From: a virus | Lineage: Duplodnaviria; Caudoviricetes | Virus record (IMG/VR): IMGVR_UViG_3300037454_000334 | Span: 42,915-106,914 of that record | DNA length: 64,000 nt | Direction: 5' to 3' (one strand) | Shown here: piece by piece, positions 57,951 to 64,000 of the stretch | Layout of the letters: the number at the start of each line of letters is the position of its first letter | How positions within the stretch are numbered: the first letter of the stretch is position 1 | The notes under the pieces: model-generated | What the model was told of the DNA's origin: nothing | What the model saw: the letters and a program-made list of their open reading frames with translations, nothing else | Database searches by the model: none | Made by a program: the position numbers and the translations under genes

Positions 57951-60900
57951 CTATAACATAAGGATCAGCAGCAGCGCGGCGGGCACGGCGGGGCATCCAG
58001 GAACGGCCACGGATGAAACGGGCACGGCTGGGGCTGGGCTGTTTGCAGCGGGCACACTATCAGCGGGCACACTATCAGCGGGCGCGCCGTTTGTTTCTGT
58101 TTCTTCATCCTCAGCAGCGGGCGCGGCTGTTTCTTCATCCTCAGCAGCGGGCGCGGCATCCTGAACGGCTGGGGCATCCTCAGCGGGCGCGGCTGTTATG
58201 CTATCAGCGGCCACGGATGCAACGGCGGGCACACTATCAGCGGGCGCGGCTGTTTCCAGGAACGGCACACTATCAGCAGCAGCGATAAACGGCACACTAT
58301 CAGCGGGCACACTATCAGCGGGCGCGGGCAAAGATACGGCCACGGCTGGGGCTAAATTATCAGGATTAACACGGCGGGCACGTTTGCGGGCGTTTCTGGG
58401 CTGTTTCTTTGCCACGGCGGGCAAACTATCAGCGGCCACGGCGGGCGCCGTTTCTGGGCTGTTTCTGAGCTCAGCAGCGGGCACACTATCAGCGGGCGCG
58501 GCTGGGGCTGTTTCTTCATCCAAAATAAAAGCGGGCGCGGGCTGGGCATCCTGAACGGCCACGGATGCAATAAAACGCGGCGCGGCTGTTATCAGCAGCA
58601 GCGACAAAAGCGCGGCGGCAAAACTGAAAACACGGCGGGCACGGCGCGAAAATTCAGCGGCTAAATAAAAAGCGGCCACGGCTGGGGCATCCTCAGCGGC
58701 AAACGGCGCGGGCGTTTCTTCATCCAGGAACGGCACACTATCAGCAGCGGGCGCGCCGTTTGTTTCATCCTCAGCAGCGGGCGCGGCTGTTTCCCAAATT
58801 TCCGGCATTATTGCAAAGATCGACGCAAACGGCGCGGGCTGGGCTGTTTCATCCTCAGCGGGCACACTATCAGCAACGGGCAAAGATACGGCCACGGCTG
58901 GGGCTGTTTCTTCATCCTGAACGGCGGCCACGGCTGCAAACAGCGGGCACGTTTGGCGCGGGAATTCAGCGGGCGCGGCGCTGGGGCTGGGCACGGCTAA
59001 AAGATCCTTTGTTTCCCCGGCCACGAATAACGAATTAATTACTATTTCATCCGCTAACAGTTTGGAAAAATAAACGTTTTCCAATTTGCCACACTGATAA
59101 ACGGCATACCAAACAGAAACAGCGGAAACGGGCACGGGCAAAGATACGGCGGGCGCGGCTGTTTCTTCATCCTGAACGGCTGGGGCTGTTTCCAGCTCAG
59201 CAGCGGGCAAAGATACGGCGGGCACGTTTGCGGCTGTTTCTGGGGCATCCTCAGCGGCCACGGGATCAGCAGCGGGCGCGGCATCCTGAACGGGCGCGGC
59301 TAAATTAAATATATCTTTATTCTGAACGGCTAAAATATTTAATACTTTGCCAATTTCGGCGGCTGGGCAAACGTCAAACAAACTTTTCCCGCCGGGCTGA
59401 ATATCCAGCTTATAATAAAACTTTGTTATTAATTTGGCACGTTTGCGGCTGTTTGGATAAATATATAATTCCTTTGTTTTATATCCTTTGTTTGTTGCAT
59501 CCAGAATAATAACAAATAAATTATTATCGTGTTTATGTATCATTATTAAACCGGGCAAAATAGAATTATAAGTATATACATTATTTTGTATTTTCATTTG
59601 CGCGGCCACGGCTGGGGAATAATTTGCAAGATCCTGAACGGCTGGGGAAACGCCCCAGATTTTCAGCCTATCAGCGGGCACGAATTCAGCGGCGGGCGCT
59701 GTTTCTTCTTCATCCTGAACGGCTGGGGCTGTTTCCAGCTCAGCAGCGGCGCGGGCTGTTTCTTCATCCGAAAAAGCGGCGGCAAAAGCGGCGCGCGCTT
59801 TTTCTTCTTCATCCAGATTTAAGTTATTAAAATATTCCGGCATTTCATCCGCAAAAGCGGCGGCGGCATCCTCAAAAGCTGGGCGCGTTTCATCCTCAGC
59901 GGCCACGGCCACGGCTGGGGCTGTTTCTTCTTCATCCTGAACGGCGGGCACGGGCTGGGCATCCTCAGCAGCGGGCGCGGCTGTTAATTCATCCAGGCGG
60001 GCGCGCTGATCCTCAGCAAACAAATTTATATCATTAAATGAAACGGCGGCGCGCGGCAAACTGTTTTCCCAGCTATCAGCAGCGGGCGCGGCTGTTTCTT
60101 CATCCTGAACGGATGCAACGGCGGCGGCGCTGTTTGCGGAATTCAGCGCGGGAAATTTGCAAATATCTAATATTTCCACGTTTGCGGCTGGGCTGTTAAA
60201 AAAGTTATCATGATACGGCGTTTTATCAATTTGCACGGGCATTAAAAGCGCGAAATAATTTGCAGCCGTAAAAATAACGGGCTGTTTCTCAGATATAAGA
60301 TACATTTTATCAGCAGCGGCCACGGCGTCTAAATCTTTGCCGTTAATAGCAATAATAAACGAAAACGGCACGGGCTGGGATAACTTTATTTTTGTTACTT
60401 TTTCCTGATCGGCTGTTTTTGGATCCTTTGCATTTTCCTTATAAGCAATAATTTCAATTTCTGGGGCTACCTTTGCAGCGCGCAAAATTACTACATTATT
60501 AACGGTATTTGAAAATTTTGCAGCGGCTAAAATAGCTTTTTTCAGCGCGTTAAAATCTTTGCCCAGAATTAACGCGGCATCCTCAGAAACGGCGGGCAAA
60601 ACTTTTTCCCAGCTGGGAAACGGGTAACAGTTATAAAGCTGTTTGGAATTCGTGCCGTTTGCGGCTGTTTCATTTCCACGAATTTTTATATTTCCTTTGC
60701 CCGTTTTAAATAACGTTGCATCCAGGCAAAAACGGCGCGTTTTATTTGGATCTAAAAGCGCTGTTAATTCTTCATCCAGATTAATAAACATATCAGGAAC
60801 GGCGGCGGCTGTTAATACGTGGCCGTTTGTTGCAACGACGGCACGGCGCGCGGCATCCACACAAATATATTTGCAGCTATCAGCGGCGGCGCTTTTAGCC

Positions 60901-61268
60901 GGGGCCACGGCGTTAAAAATAGATTTGGAAACGGCGGGCACGTCAAAAGCAACGGCCACGGGCGCGGCATCCGCTTTTCTTATAAACTTTTTACGGCGGG
61001 CGCTGGGAATTCCCCAGGCCGTTTCAATTTCGGCACAAATATAAAAAGCTGATCCAGCGGGAAACGTACATCTGTAGCCGTCGAATTCGACGCTAAAAAT
61101 ATTATCTATTTCATTATTAAAAAAACTATCTTTATAGAAATATTTATTAAGCATGTTTTTACTTAATTCCTTTGCCGTATATTCCCCGGCCGGGCATTTC
61201 GTATTATTAAAAACGTGCTCAGCAGCGGCAAAAATTCCGTTATATATTATAAGATCCTTTGTTTCCAT
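57951..61268 (-). CDS. beta-clamp-like N-terminal region fused to a long Ala/Pro/Asp/Glu low-complexity region (1105 aa)
   Basis: VVATNGHVL, FPSWEKVLP, INGKDL, ALLMPV echo DnaN motifs; the rest is built of AVQDEETAAPA/PADSV repeats. Confidence 0.6.
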   Translation of the reverse strand: METKDLIIYNGIFAAAEHVFNNTKCPAGEYTAKELSKNMLNKYFYKDSFFNNEIDNIFSVEFDGYRCTFPAGSAFYICAEIETAWGIPSARRKKFIRKADAAPVAVAFDVPAVSKSIFNAVAPAKSAAADSCKYICVDAARRAVVATNGHVLTAAAVPDMFINLDEELTALLDPNKTRRFCLDATLFKTGKGNIKIRGNETAANGTNSKQLYNCYPFPSWEKVLPAVSEDAALILGKDFNALKKAILAAAKFSNTVNNVVILRAAKVAPEIEIIAYKENAKDPKTADQEKVTKIKLSQPVPFSFIIAINGKDLDAVAAADKMYLISEKQPVIFTAANYFALLMPVQIDKTPYHDNFFNSPAANVEILDICKFPALNSANSAAAVASVQDEETAAPAADSWENSLPRAAVSFNDINLFAEDQRARLDELTAAPAAEDAQPVPAVQDEEETAPAVAVAAEDETRPAFEDAAAAFADEMPEYFNNLNLDEEEKARAAFAAAFSDEETARAAAELETAPAVQDEEETAPAAEFVPADRLKIWGVSPAVQDLANYSPAVAAQMKIQNNVYTYNSILPGLIMIHKHDNNLFVIILDATNKGYKTKELYIYPNSRKRAKLITKFYYKLDIQPGGKSLFDVCPAAEIGKVLNILAVQNKDIFNLAAPVQDAAPAADPVAAEDAPETAANVPAVSLPAAELETAPAVQDEETAAPAVSLPVPVSAVSVWYAVYQCGKLENVYFSKLLADEIVINSLFVAGETKDLLAVPSPSAAPAEFPRQTCPLFAAVAAVQDEETAPAVAVSLPVADSVPAEDETAQPAPFASIFAIMPEIWETAAPAAEDETNGAPAADSVPFLDEETPAPFAAEDAPAVAAFYLAAEFSRRARRVFSFAAALLSLLLITAAPRFIASVAVQDAQPAPAFILDEETAPAAPADSVPAAELRNSPETAPAVAADSLPAVAKKQPRNARKRARRVNPDNLAPAVAVSLPAPADSVPADSVPFIAAADSVPFLETAAPADSVPAVASVAADSITAAPAEDAPAVQDAAPAAEDEETAAPAAEDEETETNGAPADSVPADSVPAANSPAPAVPVSSVAVPGCPAVPAALLLILML

Positions 61269-61372
61269 ATCTTTATTATTTTAAACTGTTATTAATCTGT
61301 TATTTCTTCATCCTCAGCAGCGGCCACGGCTGGGGCATCCTGAACGGGCCCCAGCTGGGCGCGGGCTGTTTG

Positions 61373-61759
61373 TTATTCGTCGTCGTCGTCGTTTTCTTCT
61401 TCTTCATCCGTTTCTATTTCATCCAATACCGTGTTAATAGCTGATCCCAGCAAATAACAACGAATTGTAACGTCACAATATTCGGCGCCACGTTCCAGGG
61501 CATCCGCGCCGTTGCATCCGAATTCGTTCAGGGCCTCAGATAAAAGATCCATATTGTGACACAAATATTCCTCAGCGCGCCACGTGTTAAAAGTATAGGA
61601 TCCGCTTGCATTTCCAGTGACACTATCAGAAACAAACAAAGTATCATTTAATTCGTTTTCCACGTCGTCACGATTATTTGTCGTAACTTTAATTTCGTTT
61701 TCGTTAATATATTCGCGCACGTCGTCGCAAACAGCCTCAAAATAATTATACTTTTCCAT
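61373..61759 (-). CDS. highly acidic protein, Ocr-like DNA-mimic candidate
   Basis: 35 D/E versus 7 K/R in 128 aa; tail LDEIETDEEEENDDDDE. Confidence 0.6.
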   Translation of the reverse strand: MEKYNYFEAVCDDVREYINENEIKVTTNNRDDVENELNDTLFVSDSVTGNASGSYTFNTWRAEEYLCHNMDLLSEALNEFGCNGADALERGAEYCDVTIRCYLLGSAINTVLDEIETDEEEENDDDDE

Positions 61760-61840
61760 AATTCAAAATTTTTAAATTGTTATTAATCTGTTATTTGTTA
61801 TTTCTTCATCCAGGAACGGCGCGGGCGCCGTCGCTGTTAT

Positions 61841-61987
61841 TCAGGCGTTTTTAATTGAAACGTTTGAAACGTTGCAACCGTTAATAATAAATTCGTTAAT
61901 AATCTGGGCGGGCTGATCCGTAAATATTTCAGCAGTGCCGAAATTTGCGCCCAGGCAAACAGTTAAAAGAAATAATTTCGTTTTCAT
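61841..61987 (-). CDS. 48-aa hypothetical protein
   Basis: Manual translation MKTKLFLLTVCLGANFGTAEIF...; leader similar to neighbours. Confidence 0.4.
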   Translation of the reverse strand: MKTKLFLLTVCLGANFGTAEIFTDQPAQIINEFIINGCNVSNVSIKNA

Positions 61988-62007
61988 ATCTTTATTATAT
62001 TAAATTG

Positions 62008-62238
62008 TTATTTGTTTATTTCTTCATCCCAGATAATTAAAGCGGGAACGGATAACAGCCCGGCGGGCACGGATGCAAGAATAAAAATATGCATATAACC
62101 GGCAAAAGTGCCGTTATGCCACAAAAGTGCTGTTTTAGGTACATTAACGCCCCAGCTGAAAAAAGCGGCGTAAATTCCAACGGCTGCAAAAACTATCAGC
62201 AGCAGCGCGCAAACGGCAAAAAATTTTCTTTTATTCAT
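62008..62238 (-). CDS. small two-TM membrane protein
   Basis: 76 aa with two hydrophobic helices; first gene after the promoter. Confidence 0.6.
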   Translation of the reverse strand: MNKRKFFAVCALLLIVFAAVGIYAAFFSWGVNVPKTALLWHNGTFAGYMHIFILASVPAGLLSVPALIIWDEEINK

Positions 62239-62271
62239 ACCTTATTATTTTAAATTGTTATTAATCTGCTG

Positions 62272-62279
62272 CAAAGATA
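62272..62279 (-). promoter_or_regulatory. Bacteroidetes sigma -7 element (TATCTTTG) of the early leftward operon
   Basis: TAnnTTTG about 35 nt upstream of the 62238 start; no GTCCCA. Confidence 0.6.
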
Positions 62280-62742
62280 GATTATATTTTCCAAATAAAC
62301 GAATAAAATCTATTTTTTGAAACAATAATTAACGTTAAAACCTATCTTTTAACGCTTTTTTGCACGAAATAATCTATTTTTCATGAAAAAGCGAAAAATA
62401 AAATCTATTATTTGGCAAACGGCGGGCACGTTTGCCACGGCTGTAAATTGTTTCCCTATTATATATAAAAGGTATGCAAACGGCGCGGCTGTTTCTTCAT
62501 CCTGAACGGCTGGGGCTGTTTCATGAAACGCCACGGATGAAACAGCGGGCACGAATTTAGGAACGGCCACGGGCACGGCTGGGGCTGGGCTGGGATCCCC
62601 AGCGGGCACCCGGCACGGGCATATTGATACTAAGCACAGCAACCGACGCACGCCAGGCGAGGTCAGTGTGGCGGCGCTGGCCTTTGGCATATTGCCTCGC
62701 ATTTCTCAGATTTTGGCCTCGGAAAAATGACCATACACGGGC

Positions 62743-62785
62743 TGTAACTTGCTTATATACACTATGTGAATATCAGCAAGTTACA
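62743..62785. repeat. 43-bp near-perfect palindrome
   Basis: TGTAACTTGCTTATATACAC-TAT-GTGAATATCAGCAAGTTACA; 20-bp arms, 2 mismatches. Confidence 0.85.
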
Positions 62786-63127
62786 ATATGGGCACCGGAG
62801 GGTGTCTCTCGGCTCAAATATCGACATTAGTTAAAATATAGCAATTATTTATTTATTTTCATAGGGTATCGCTGAGTGATTTGTTAATTCATTAACATTG
62901 CATTTTAACAGATGCTTTTCAGCATCTTGCCAATGCCAGCTCAACCTTGAAAATAGATCAAGTCATTTCAAATCGTCTGATTTTAGTGAAAAGATAGGAT
63001 ATTTTCTGCGAAAAGCCAATAATTTTGGCTAAAATAGGTTAAAATAACCAATTTTTGTGCTTTTTTCTTGCATTTTCGACAAAATAAACCTACTTTTGCA
63101 TCATAAAATCTATTTAATTGAGAAAAT

Positions 63128-63496
63128 ATGGATATTTTATCAGTCATAAGAAGTCACGGTCATACGACCTACACACTCGCTAAAGAGATGGGTATTAAGC
63201 AGTCATCGCTCAGCAACATCCTGAACGGCAATCCTACTATCAAGACCTTGCGCCAGGTTGCTGAGAAGATTCCCTGCTCAGTCGTTGAATTCTTTATCGA
63301 CGAGTTGCCAGAGGACTTCAATTTGTCGGCTTTCCGTCCGTCATCCGGTGCAGATGCAACCGACAATCAGCCTCAGATGGAGTCAGACGTCGCCCCGGGC
63401 GTGTTCGTCTGTCCTCACTGCGGCGCAGGCGTGTCATTCAATACATTTGTAGTTAAAGAACCAACGGATAAGGAGGTAACTCATGAGCAAGTCTAG
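63128..63496 (+). CDS. XRE-family HTH regulator with CPHCG motif
   Basis: TLAKEMGIKQSSLSNILNGNPTIKTLRQVA. Confidence 0.88.
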   Translation: MDILSVIRSHGHTTYTLAKEMGIKQSSLSNILNGNPTIKTLRQVAEKIPCSVVEFFIDELPEDFNLSAFRPSSGADATDNQPQMESDVAPGVFVCPHCGAGVSFNTFVVKEPTDKEVTHEQV

Positions 63497-63638
63497 ACGA
63501 TATATGATATGTGGCGGCGTGTGCCTGGCGATGGCCGGGAGTATTGCGATTCTCGGCATCGCTGGGCCTTTGGTCGTGTCGCTCGTGCTCGAATTGCTCG
63601 CAAAGCATTACGAAAAGAAACGATTAAAGACGGTATGA
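63483..63638 (+). CDS. 51-aa membrane peptide
   Basis: Manual translation MSKSRRYMICGGVCLAMAGSIAILGIAGPLVV...; overlaps both neighbours. Confidence 0.45.
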   Translation: MSKSRRYMICGGVCLAMAGSIAILGIAGPLVVSLVLELLAKHYEKKRLKTV

Positions 63639-63847
63639 GCAATGCTTTCGACGATTTCAAGGCGTGGTACGACTCGATGCAGTCGCCGGAGCGTCGGCAG
63701 GAGACGGAGGCTGGTCAGGCCGAGGTGCGCCGGAACATCGGCGAGGCGGCTCGCATCATCAGCGACCTGCGCCACGGGCGCATCAGCCACGACGAAGCGG
63801 TCAGGCGGGCAAAGAAATTGCAAGACAACGGAAGTTTAACCCTATAA
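63635..63847 (+). CDS. hypothetical protein
   Basis: Likely start MSNAFDD. Confidence 0.55.
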   Translation: MSNAFDDFKAWYDSMQSPERRQETEAGQAEVRRNIGEAARIISDLRHGRISHDEAVRRAKKLQDNGSLTL

Positions 63848-63860
63848 AATTTTTGGCGAT

Positions 63861-64000
63861 ATGAAAAGATTATTTATTTTGGCTGTTGCGGCACTGATGG
63901 TGCTGGCGGCAGGAGCGCAGAAGGTCTATGGCGACAGGCCAGGATGGTCGGTCTATACGACTGAGGACGAATATTCGGGTAAGAAGTCGTACAGTCTGCG
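63861..64000 (+). CDS. secreted protein (partial)
   Basis: Signal peptide MKRLFILAVAALMVLAAGAQ; runs off window. Confidence 0.6.
   Translation, partial: MKRLFILAVAALMVLAAGAQKVYGDRPGWSVYTTEDEYSGKKSYSL

Noticed and set aside
57951-62620. Repeat words as a deliberate string of known type IIS sites (FokI, MboII, MnlI, BbvI, FauI, BceAI)
   Set aside because: Known enzymes cover so many 4-5-mers that such matches are expected by chance; not supportable without statistics
62349-62702. 117-aa minus-strand ORF
   Set aside because: Composed of the same repeat words, lies upstream of the apparent promoter, and has no credible start

Overview
The whole window reads as part of a large Bacteroidales (Prevotella-like) temperate phage or phage-plasmid. 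The host is inferred from TAnnTTTG promoters, AT-rich leaders without Shine-Dalgarno sites, and Bacteroidetes-type integrase and HTH proteins. Left to right: a Cys-rich small-gene operon (1-2055); a tyrosine integrase; a complete diversity-generating retroelement (RT, TR, MutS-like accessory gene, VR-bearing target, 3' hairpin; about 5.1-8.8 kb); fibre, collagen and tail genes (8.8-25 kb); accessory genes including Tad2/DUF2829 and YopX; a DNA-modification cluster (radical SAM, PAPS reductase, two MTases) whose genes all carry poly-G tracts; a phage-type replication module (DnaN, DnaC-like ATPase, initiator); a plasmid-type replicon (Rep_3-like, iterons, ParA); scattered lysis genes and a PAP2 phosphatase; and an 8.5-kb block of early-type genes (54.1-62.7 kb). 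Three signals are least explained. (1) The 8.5-kb block is almost free of VGAG/CTCB on both strands, ends abruptly near a 43-bp palindrome, and encodes an Ocr-like acidic protein plus a beta-clamp fused to low-vocabulary repeats, suggesting a 'stealth leader'. (2) Nine copies of a GTCCCA-N19/20-TAnnTTTG promoter lie mostly in front of structural and lysis genes. (3) The poly-G tracts look like contingency loci in the DNA-modification genes, and one is currently frameshifted. All counts are manual reads and all family calls come from recognised motifs, not database searches.
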